Shown one piece after another: positions 54,001 to 64,000 of a stretch of 64,000 nucleotides of DNA. Made by a program: the position numbers and the translations under genes. The first letter of the stretch is position 1; every line of letters starts with the position of its first letter. A model generated the notes under the pieces. That model searched no databases, was not told the origin of the DNA, and saw nothing but the letters and a program-made list of their open reading frames with translations. This DNA is from Laetmonice hystrix (Eukaryota): positions 16,492,001 through 16,556,000 of the forward strand of contig OZ249451.1 of the NCBI GenBank assembly GCA_965235115.1, in the 5' to 3' direction.

Positions 54001-55416
54001 GGCGGGGAAAATGGGCATGATTCCATGGAAGTGGGTGCTTCTCTTCCAAACGTGACAACCAAGGCAACACAGAGCGTTTGTAATGAAGCTCTGAAAGCCT
54101 CCAACAAAGACGTGTTGTCCCTTTCGAAGCCATTGATGCTAAATAAGGATGAATTGAAAGCAATAGATGAGACAACCGCAGTTAAGGGGTCACTTTTGAT
54201 CACACAAGACTGGCTCCATACCTATCCAGGGGGACCTGCTGACAAGTATAGGCAGCTCAGCAGCAGATTTCAAGAGCACCTTGTCTCAGCATGTGGGAAA
54301 ACTGACACTGCCTTGGATGAAGAGTCCTTGCCGGTTTGGTACAATATGAAGGGCAGTGGCGACATATCGGAAACATCCTCGTCTACTGACAGTTCCAACT
54401 GGGGCAGTCAAGAGACAGTAATTGAGAACCCTAATTCGGCCATCCACTACCAAGCTGTGCCAGTTCATCAAGTTATGCCAAGTTATGTGTCAGTAGTTTC
54501 AAAGGCCAGTAGTGCCCCTGTGACTCCGGATATTGAGATGCAAAGGAAACGATTATCTGATCTCCTTTCTGGTAAGATACCTGTGATGCCTCCCACGGAA
54601 CCACGAGAATTGAAAGATACACATTCGCCATCTTCACCCGAGATAGAAGTAACTAACGAAATCACTTGTGTAAATTTGAATGCCGAGGTTACTAGAGGCA
54701 GGGTAGGGGGCAAATACATGGAAGACGTAATCAGGCAAACAGGGAGGAGTTTAGAAGATTCGGTTAGTGAAGCCTCTAGCATGTTTTCAGGTCAGGTATC
54801 ACGTCATAATGATACACTTTCAAAAGGATCACTGGAATATCAAGCAGAATCTCCTGAGGAGAGTCTACCGTTAACAGAGAGAGACTCCACGCCCTCTTCA
54901 GAAGATCCAGAGAATATCGTAGATACTCCCGGAGGGGTGATATCTACCAGAGATCTCATAAGTTTCTCTGATGACGAAGAAATATCAACTCAGGGGACCA
55001 ATGGCAGTGTGTGCACGCAGGATGCAGGCCTAGAGCTGCCTACATTGCAAGAGTTTGCATGTGGCAAAGCCACATCTAGAGTTGAAAACGACCGGGATGA
55101 GTCTTTAACAAATGCACAACAGAGAGCAGAAGAAATGAGAAATCTTTTTGAAGAGCAACTGACGGTCTTTGACCGTCTTTGTGCTATGAGAGAAACCTTC
55201 AGGGATATTCTCGACCATTCGTCGGAAGTTCCGAAGGTGGAGTGTCAAGGTGAAGCTGACCTTGACGGAGCACGGCGGAGTTCCTCAGCGCCGAACGTTT
55301 TCGTTGTAACAGATGACCATACAGACACTACCCTAGATAACACAGTGTCGTCGTGTCCAGTGTATAAAAGCAAATCTTGGGCAAACTATGAAGACCTGCC
55401 GTATACCGATGTTTAA
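37042..55416 (+). CDS. Giant (6124 aa from first ATG, roughly 670 kDa) predominantly disordered protein encoded by one ~18.4-kb exon; uncharacterised scaffold-like protein
   Basis: Stop-free frame 36970-55416 in the ORF track. Splice acceptor TTCTTCTCCTTGCAG| at 37004; ATG 37042 in strong context (AAGATGG). S/E/D/T/Q/P-rich composition, no signal peptide or transmembrane segment seen. AATAAA at 56162 and 56241. The true N-terminus may extend into upstream exons via a phase-2 junction at 37005. Confidence 0.9.
44554..44595 (+). repeat. Coding (GGT)8-GCT-(GGT)5 poly-Gly tract, followed at 44731-44772 by an Asp/Glu run
   Basis: Directly visible; in frame within the giant ORF. Confidence 0.95.
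48004..48045 (+). repeat. Uninterrupted coding (CAA)14 poly-Gln tract
   Basis: Directly visible; in frame within the giant ORF. Confidence 0.95.
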
Positions 55417-56313
55417 GTCCCCTCGTATTATAACCTGCTGTAAGGACGCCAATCAACTAAAATTAAAATGGCATGAGCAGTTCTTGTCATCGATGTGTAC
55501 GTTCCTATTTCGTGAGGTATAATAATTGGGGTCTATGCAATTGCTGTAACTGAAAATGATGGACAGAATGGCGGTCTTTAGAGGCAGTTTTTGAACCATT
55601 TTTAGAGTTTCATGATTATGTGCTTTTCAGTAAGCACCCTTGAGTGAGGCTCACCAGTTTCGAGGTGTTATGCAATGATCTTGTATATCCATGTATAGTT
55701 AGTTGGTCAATCACGCGTAAAATAATATCGTGGTGCTTGGGTTTTTTGCTTGGATAGTCTTGAAATCAAGATTAATATTGTTGAACTGGTCGATTTTGAG
55801 CAAAAATTATTGGTGATGGTTGTAGCTTAAGAAACGATTGTGTAACTGGTGTCGCTTCTCCCAACCCCTTTTACTGATCACTTTTAGTTCTTAATACTTA
55901 ATCATCAAAGCATACATGGTTATGATTAGGAAATTTGAAGTGGATATTCTTGTAAACTTAAGGTTGGTAGACTACACAACTATGATCATGCATGTGTGTA
56001 TATTATGTAGAGCATTGACGCATGATGGCTACACAATCCGTTGTACTTTGCACACAAACATACCATTGTGATATGTCGTACATACAGAACAACATGTTTT
56101 AAACCAAGTATATGATTTCTAAGTAGCATGTTGCTCACTTAAATCGTTCTACGTATGACGCAATAAATGAAACTTAATAATCGTCACCGTGATGGTAACT
56201 TACACATTGTACCGATCTGCTAAGAATATCCATTGTCCGTAATAAAGTGCTAAGTTTTCAAAATCCTCAGAAGCATTCTAATCGTCTGTCACCTTATCTA
56301 TTAACTGTTTCAG

Positions 56314-56381
56314 ATGATTGGTCGAACGACTACGAGTATCTTCCCGACCCAGGGGATTAACCGTGTGCCATTTCGCCTGAA
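56314..56381 (+). CDS. Candidate alternative terminal coding exon, (D)DWSNDYEYLPDPRGLTVCHFA*
   Basis: Acceptor TTAACTGTTTCAG| at 56313 and a GC-richer island inside AT-rich sequence. Phase-1 reading is open for 21 full codons to TGA at 56379-56381. It lies just downstream of the AATAAA signals at 56162 and 56241. Confidence 0.45.
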
Positions 56382-58053
56382 ACCCTGCTACGCTTGGAAC
56401 GGCTATGTTGTCGTCCTTGTGTGACGTCATCCCCAAACCTCGCCGTGTCTCGTCTGTGATAACGCTATGTCACGATAGTCTTGTGTACAAAGAATTAACA
56501 TATGTTACTCTACTAATCTTTGTGGATCTATGATCTTTCTGAGCAGCTGGTAAATAGATATTCACACTGCATGAAGCGACGTCAGCAAAGTATGCACACA
56601 GCGGTCGTTTTCGTTAAAAGTGCCTTTAGGAAGGTTTATTTTGCTATAATGTCAATAGTTTGCGGACGCATCATAGACTTTTATAATCATGTATGTACGG
56701 AAGGTTTTCTGAGCAATCATGTTAGTTTAGTACTTGTTTTGTTTTTGTTTGTTTGTTCGTTTGTTTACTCGTTTTGGAAAATATTATTCACGCCAAATGT
56801 ATATCGTGCCAGCAGTTTATCGCGTAATCATGGCTTGGTATAGAAGCGATTAATTGTATCGGTTGTATCCAAAATTTCTTCACTTGCATGAGAGTAATAA
56901 CGAATGAATATTCAATTTGTTTTCCCATGGACTTTTCGTTGGGGAAATTTACAGTAAGATTAATACAATTATATGTTTCATTACTCGCCTGAACGTTCTA
57001 CTCCCTGTATTGTTAATATATTTTAATATTTCATTTTGTATCACCTCAAATCCTCCGTGAAAGTGGGGTATCAGTAATGCTGTGTGGTTCTTATCAGTGC
57101 ACGATTATACTAATGACCATACCGTAGTAGATTATTTTGTTCCTATTGAAAGTTTCTAGGTATGCCGCTTGTGCTAATGCTCAGCAGATACAAAAAGGTA
57201 ATTTGAAAGTTATGTCATTGAGTAAGCTGCGAAAAGACAATTATTTCATCAAAGTTTGACTGGAGAAAGCAATCGCATTCGTATAAGCGTGTACGTATAT
57301 TAATTTACAAAAATGTTTCTACGCAAATATGATATTCTTAATAATATATTTGTCGAATCGTTATATAACGATTTCCAGACTTCAGAAAAAAAAATTAAAT
57401 GAAATTTGTTGTACAGATGTGAAGACTTAAACGACGAAACACAGTGTTAAAACAACATAGATTTGGGTTGGTTCAGTGCTGTTTATGTGTATCGTAATAA
57501 ACTCATTGGCATGTGTTTTACGGTGTGGTGACTCCTCTGTGACTACTTATTAACATCAGGAGTTTTTTGTAGTACCGATCAAATCATACGTCCTTCTAAA
57601 AAGGAAAAGCGGATATTTTTAGACAGTAGGGCACGTTGGGAAAAAACACTCCAACGGGTCACACTAATGTCGTGGGAATATTATCTGAAGCATGTCTGTC
57701 GGTTCGGTTAAGTGGTTTAAAATGAGTTTATATTAAAGCATGGTCTCTTGTGTTGTTAAGAGTAAAGCGTGAAGATAGAAAATGTCTCTAGAAGTGTGAA
57801 CTCTACTATAATCTTTGGCCTAAGCAGCTCTTGTCCACACCGCATAACCCCTTCAAATAACACTTGACAAGTCCCTTTCGAAGGATCCGTGTTTAAAATG
57901 ACATATTGCGTGGTCCTGAGCTTAAGTAGAGATAGAATATTATGAAATGAACGAAGCGAGATCATTTAGAATACAATGTCGTAGGAATGATTGTAATTGA
58001 TGTTTTTATCCTACAAAAAAGGCGCATTAAAAGCCTTTAGCGATATGTGGTGG

Positions 58054-58120
58054 GCTAATCTTCCTCCTCTTCTTCTTCATCATCTTCTTGCTAATCTTCT
58101 TCTTCTTCCTCCTCTTTTCT
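58054..58120. repeat. CTT/CCT-rich simple repeat in two blocks, each starting GCTAATCTTC
   Basis: Blocks at 58054-58089 and 58090-58120. Confidence 0.8.
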
Positions 58121-59245
58121 CGCCTGTCCTTCTTCGTATATTACTCCAACATTGACTACTGACCACCGGTATATATAATGACGCCAAACTATAAAAAAAG
58201 AGCTCCTCAGACGAATTTTAGCAATCATTCCCTGAATTTTTCTGCATGGCCCCTTCCATAGGTGGCGCCACGTGTACCATTGCCGTCAGGGACACGGACA
58301 CGTGAATCCTACACCCGAGATTAATGTCGAGAACAAAACACACACTTTGCCCTACATGTAAAGAAAAATAAAGTACATAGACAACGTCTGTCGTTTATTG
58401 AAGAGGAGAAAGCAACAACATGCCTGCAATACGCTATATACAATCTAACATTTCCAGTCATTGGGGATATCGAAGCCATACATAGGAATGAAGGACTGAT
58501 TCAAGAGGACATCAAACATAATCCCTGGCCTGGGTCTAGATCATCCATCACCGATACATTTTATTATATACACGAGATCGCCTTTAATACTTACAATATG
58601 CAAAATTACAATAGGCCTTTCGATACGATGCCTACTCTGAGCTAACCGATAAAGAAATGACCCCGGGCATAGACTCACACGTCTCACATGCTCTCGTCAG
58701 TACAACACACAAAATAATTTATGTCAACATGCGAAAGTAAAAGTCACACCGCAAACTGACTTCCGCTCAATCTTACAACGGCTGTTGAACGCTACGCCTG
58801 CTGCCATCTGCCGGCAGAGTGTAAAATCACATGTCGAGTTCAAAGGTTCCTGTATCATCGAACCGGAAAACGGGCCCTGCAAAACTTCTGACAGAATCGG
58901 CGATACCTCTTTGTAGAGTTATGATGGAAGAACATTGGTGGCCTGCAAATCATGGAGAAAGCGGAACACATGTTATTTGTGACAGAAAACAGTACATCAT
59001 GAGAAGCCACCGGAAGAGCCAAATTGAAGCGACATTGTACCTCTCAGTTTCATGTCATAGAAAAGTTAGGGTCTACAAAACTTTCACTGAGAGAAAGGTT
59101 GACAGACTAAGTGTTTTGGGCCCGAGGGATCAGCCCCCCCCCCCCCCACCCCCACCCCCCGATAAAAATGAAAAGTTTTAAGGATGCTCTGCCCTCCTGG
59201 TTGAGAAAAGACCCCATGCCTTATGAAGAGTCACAGTACCTGGGT

Positions 59246-62200
59246 TTAGATGGCTAGGGCGTTCATATTTTCACTGAGTGGAGGTGTTCCATTCCCAGCA
59301 TAACCTCCTGGATTCCCGCTGAACTGATACCGTCCCCCTTGATCAGACTTGGGCTTAACTTTGTTCTGTTTCAAAGGAAGTTGAGACATTCCAAATACAA
59401 CTTGTGAAAAAATTATATAACAATAGTTCCAACTGTTTAATTATTTTGTGCCAGAACTTTTTGTTGTTGTTTTTCTGGTAATAACCTGACTCCTAACATT
59501 GGCGGTGACATATTCGGAAGGCGTGGGGCTCGTTTAAGAATAAAGAGAACAGGGACAGAATGAGATTAGAAGATGGACCATCAGAAAAGTGAAGAACATT
59601 ATATAGACCTACCCGTGGGAACAACTACATGAGGAGCTGCATGTTTTCTGTGTCGGCCCATTGTGAAGGTATCAAAAGTTAAAACCACACTTTGTACTAT
59701 ACCTTTTTGAGCTTCACCACAGCAACAGCGACTCCAGCACCTATAGCGCCCAGAGCGGCAACTGCCCCCACTCCAACTAGAAAAGAAAACACCCGCCTTT
59801 TGTTTAAAAAAAGCCGTACAACACCTATACAAGGTTCATATGTACAATATAACTTAAGTGTTCCTTTCGTTCCACATGGATTAATGTCTTTTTGACACGT
59901 CGGCCATGAATAGGGCAACACTTGATAAACAAGAAACAGTATTAAAACAAGAAATACTCAACAGAAAGATTATTAGGTAAAACGTGAAAATATAATGGCG
60001 AAATTAAAGATTATATCAGACGTACTTTAATGTCATATTAGTTTATGTATACATGTAATGTAAATGTGGAAAAATGTTATTTCTTACTTGCCCACGTAGG
60101 TACGGACGCTGCTCTGTAAGAAAATGAGAGTGGTCACCTTTAAGACTACATCCAATGTACATAAAATATGTTCTTTCGTTTCTATTCACAAAAACTCCAA
60201 ATTTAGGTTCAGAAAATATAAAGAGGCATGATGACCACCTTAATATTGCCAATGGATACTAGCTTGAGAGACATTAAACATAATTATGATACTAAAGGTA
60301 ATGTGATGACTCCCCATTATTGCAAACCATATAATTAATATTGTCGATAAAATAATTAGTTGTGTACAGCTAGTACAAAAATATCGCAAATTTAAAAAGA
60401 AGGAATCACTTACTCAGTGCTTGCCTCGACTGAAAATAAATGAAAGACAATTGAGAAAATTATTCATTGAGGTTTTCTCTCTTTTTTCAAATGATTTCCA
60501 CGATTTCATTTAGATTTCATATGTTTTCGTGATGTGGCCTATACTTTCTCTGATAAGATACTCATTGTTAACTTATCATAGAATGACTTACAGTAGAGGC
60601 AAGTGTTGTTGTTGACTTGGTCCCCCAAACAGGCGCATGCGCTTGCCGTACACTGACTGTATTCAATGCTCATACAATCAGGGTTTGTGTCACATGGATC
60701 GCCTATGTTCTTCCCATCACATGTTGCGTTTTCTGGCGTCACAGTGTACCCGACATTACAGGCACAATCTCCGAGGTTTGGGCTACACAGCCCGCCGGGA
60801 CCGAGTGCCAGACAGTCTTGACTGGATGAACAGGGTTCGTAGACCTTCCTGCCAATGCATAGATCTTTGGCTGGGCTGGAATAATACCCAGCCTGGCACT
60901 GGCATGTCTGGTTGGAGGCCAAACATGTGCCAAAGGCAAGAGCGGCACATTGGGTGTTAGCGCTGCAGGAATCGTCGACTTTGCGGACATCACAAGTTAG
61001 AAGATCTGAGGAAGGGTCATAGCCATCTCGGCAAGAACAGGCTCCCTTGGCACAAGTGGCGTTACCGATAGCCGTGGAACAGTGTTCCTCTGCCCTGCAT
61101 GTGTCAGAAAGCTTTAACAGCCGACAGGCAGTTAGGTTGGCAACGGGTTGGAGGTGGTCTGGACATTCACAGATGCTCCCCAGACAACTGGCATTGCTTA
61201 TGGCTGCAGAGCAGTCTACATTCACAGCACACGCGTCGCCTAATATTCCTGCAAGACCATGTACAATATCATGAATTAGAGACAGATTTTCCCAGGTCGA
61301 TATCAGGTACGTGGATGATTTTCTCGATTTCCCCACGAAGAGACACTTGCTGAAAAATGATGGAAAAATGTAAATCTATACAAACGGTAATTGCCAGTTA
61401 GTATATGGGGTATTTACATATATTTACAAGTATTTACACGAAGTATAAATTGAAACGGCCACAGATAATAAGAACTCGGTATAACTCGGTCCACACTGGA
61501 CAACTAAAGATCAAGTAATGATGCAAATAAAGAACTAAAATAATCCAAATAACGAAATAAAATAAACGAAAAATAACTGGTTAATTGGTTAATTACCAAT
61601 GAAATTATTTTTTCGTCTGAAGGAGTAAAATAAAAATAAAAACGACCCTCGATTGCAATAAATGTGCCACAAAAGAGGCCCCCCATTTTGTTTTCTTTTT
61701 TTAAAGCTCGTAACAGCAGAACAGTCTGTGCCTGTGTCACATGGGTCGCCCAATACTCCTGAAAAAATCTACTGTAGCGTCATCGTTTGGCGAACTTTAT
61801 ATGCGCCAATATTAATTGAGAAATAATTATTAATAAATGTGACCCCGAATATGACCCAGTTGGGTGCAGACGGCCCACTCACGTTTCAAACACGAACTGG
61901 AGGTCTCTGTCTGGTTGTGTCGGTAGCCTGCCAGACACTGACAGTGGCCTGCCGGACAATGACTATTGGTAATAGCAGCAGAACAATCGGTATTCTTGTC
62001 ACATGGGTCACCCATTTTTCCTGAAAAAATGTATGCATCTGTTACCCTACTCACTGTTCGGGATTTTCTGGTTTTCTAAGTCTATTCCACTGTACTGTAG
62101 GAGGTCATGATAATCAGGGAAGGAGGTGGGAAATGGTGGAGATAAAAAAACAATCGCGTTTTCTCGATTTCCTTTAACCAACACCGTGTCGGTATCGTGC

Positions 62201-63943
62201 CAATAGTACACATTAAATCTGTTTATTGGGAAAGAACCACATGTTAGTCTAATCAACCACAGACTTCATACAAGTCTGAAGGAGTAAAATAAATATAAAA
62301 GCGATCGTCGATTGCAATAAATGTGCCACAAAAGAGGCCCCCCCCCCCATTTTTTTCTCTTTTTTAAAAGCTAGTAACAGCAGAACAGTCTGTGCCTGTG
62401 TCACATGGGTCGCCCAATACTCCTGAAAAAAATTTATTGTAGGCCTAGCGTCACTATTGTAAAGCGTCATCGAACGGAGAACTTTATATGTACAATACTA
62501 AATCAATATATGCCAATATTAATTGAGAAATAATTATTAATAAATGTGACCCCGAATCTGACCCAGTTGGGTGGAGACGGCCCACTCACGTTTCAAACAC
62601 GAACTGGAGGTCTCTGTCTGGTTGTGTCGGTAGCCTGCCAGACACTGACAGTGGCCTGCCGGACAATGACTATTGGTAATAGCAGCAGAACAATCGGTAT
62701 TCCTGTCACATGGGTCACCCATTGTTCCTGAAAAATGTATGCATCTGTTACCCAACTCAATGTTCAGGATTTTCTGGTTCTCTATGTCTATTCTACTGTA
62801 CTGTAGGAGGTCATGATAATCAGGGAAGGAGGTGGGAAATGGTGGAGAAATATCGAGTGAAAACACTCCCGTTTTCTCCACTTCCAGTTACTCCCCCATG
62901 GTAACTTCCAGTCGAAATTGGGAAAGAATCACATGTTAGTTTAATCAACCAAAGACTTCATACAAGTTAATATTGATTACCCATGGTGCTAGTTATTAGA
63001 ATTGTGCCCTGGTTGAGTACCGTACACACTTCGCACTCACGTTTCACACAGGAACGCGGGTTTTCTGTCACGTTATAGCCGTAGCCTGCCAGACATTCAC
63101 ACCGGCCTGCCGGACAAGAACTATTGCTAACAGCGTCGGTACAGTCGGTATCATTCTCACAGCTATCCCCGATGATTCCTGGAAACAATTTCGTATGTCT
63201 ATGTCAGTGTGAAGGGCAACAAGTGATAGCGAGAGCCTTCTGTACAACCTTGGGAGTGTGAAAGGAGTCAAAGTATGCAATCATCAGTGAGCTTTGTACA
63301 TTATATACATTTACCACACGCTGGTACCACTAAAAGTTACCTTATCACCTGGTAGAAAATACATAATCGATACAATCAATACGATCGGGTCCAAATAGCT
63401 TCAATGTACAAATGTACAGGATGATTGTAATGGAGTTTAGAACTCATACCATCTCATTCCATCATGACCTCATTATCAACATTTGATTTGTACTGCAATG
63501 AAGGTAGCCGCATTCTCCATGTATTATCTCTAGTGTGCTTTAGTGGGAGAGGGTGGAGGACCAGTCATTGACTGAACCCCAATTACCCAAATAAAAATTA
63601 TCCCCCCAAAAATGTGACGCCTCGGGCGTATTATCACGGCATAAATCCGTCGTCTTTGCGTTATCGTGCAATATCCACCAAGTGACCGGAAGTGTGGATT
63701 CTGCAGTGCGGTTTATAGAAAGTCGGAGCAGTTGGCCTGTAAAAAGGTAACATTATAAAAAATATATATAAGCAGATGTTGGCCTGAAGATGTTACTGGA
63801 CTTACTCAGGAAACAGTTTTTAGGATCTGCAGTCATGTTATGTCGTCGACCGGGGAGGCACGAACATTGACCTGAGAGGCAGAAACTACCGCTGATGGCG
63901 GCCGAGCAGTCGGTGTCGTTCTGGCAGTCATCTCCTATTACTC
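59246..63943 (-). CDS. 3' part of a single-pass type I membrane protein with tandem 6-Cys EB-like modules; the 5' end lies beyond the window
   Basis: Exons on -: 63806-63943, 63041-63178, 62590-62727, 61883-62020 (each 138 nt, phase 1-1, one module), 60592-61248 (657 nt, five modules), micro-exons 60414-60429 and 60088-60113, TM exon 59703-59776 (IGVGAVAALGAIGAGVAVAVVKLKK), last exon 59246-59365 (NKVKPKSDQGGRYQFSG...NALAI*). All junctions are GT-AG and phase-consistent. Module pattern GDxCxxxxDCxxxxxNxxCxxGxCxCxxGY. Confidence 0.88.
61617..62967. repeat. Recent tandem segmental duplication, units of about 660 and 690 bp, each with one intact and one truncated EB exon
   Basis: 61617-62277 and 62278-62967 align through both exon and intron sequence. 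The intact exons differ by two amino acids (GKMGDPCDKN vs GTMGDPCDRN). Confidence 0.85.
62364..62422 (-). pseudogene. Truncated EB pseudo-exon (GVLGDPCDTGTDCSAVTSF*); second copy starts at 61758
   Basis: Good acceptor (TTTTTCAG|GA) and only the first two Cys of the module, then a stop in A-rich sequence with no strong donor. The copy at 61758 runs into AT-rich intron-like sequence. Confidence 0.7.
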
Positions 63944-64000
63944 CTGCAAACAGATGGAACCAGGCAGGTTTTTAAATTCCAGGAAATTACCGTTAATCTT

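Noticed and set aside
37042-55416. Assignment of the giant ORF to ankyrin, titin, mucin, futsch/MAP1 or piccolo families
   Set aside because: None of their diagnostic domains or repeat arrays is visible, and similarity is only in size and composition. No gene symbol is given.
58845-58960. Kunitz-like start CIIEPENGPCK on +
   Set aside because: Followed by an in-frame stop, and lacks the FxYGGC and terminal Cys pattern.
59600-59647. Possible extra cytoplasmic exon (KTCSSSCSCSHG) in the EB-module gene
   Set aside because: Needs a 55-nt intron with a poor pyrimidine tract and ends in phase 2. The direct phase-0 join to 59365 already gives a complete tail.
60539-61336. ORF-track 265-aa protein as a stand-alone gene
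   Set aside because: Only 60592-61248 is exonic; both ends run into introns at canonical splice sites.

Overview
Metazoan (invertebrate) genomic DNA with spliceosomal introns and one 172-N assembly gap (29670-29841); the species cannot be identified from sequence alone. Three gene models are well supported. (1) A secreted 250-aa protein with three thyroglobulin type-1 repeats (equistatin-like architecture) on +, coding exons 5778-8469, with a TATA box and a non-coding first exon. (2) A single uninterrupted reading frame of ~18.4 kb on + (first ATG 37042, stop 55416; 6124 aa) inside one giant exon that starts at a splice acceptor at 37005. It is mostly disordered and low-complexity, has no domain I can recognise, but carries several families of short internal repeats, a cluster of tyrosine-phosphorylation-type motifs, PPxY motifs, four Cys-rich islands and a C-terminal class I PDZ ligand (-YTDV). 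(3) The 3' part of a type I membrane protein built from 6-Cys EB-like modules on - (59246 to beyond 63943), whose ectodomain has expanded by recent tandem duplication of 138-nt phase-1 exons. The giant-exon locus is the best candidate for an undescribed system: its first 105 codons overlap a second open frame, and a small alternative terminal exon (56314-56381) lies just beyond its poly(A) signals. The 9-36 kb interval holds small repeats, a foldback element lies at ~3.9-4.2 kb, and there are weak, unidentifiable coding-like remnants. No rRNA, tRNA or CRISPR features were found. All splice models and family assignments were derived by hand and were not checked by database search.
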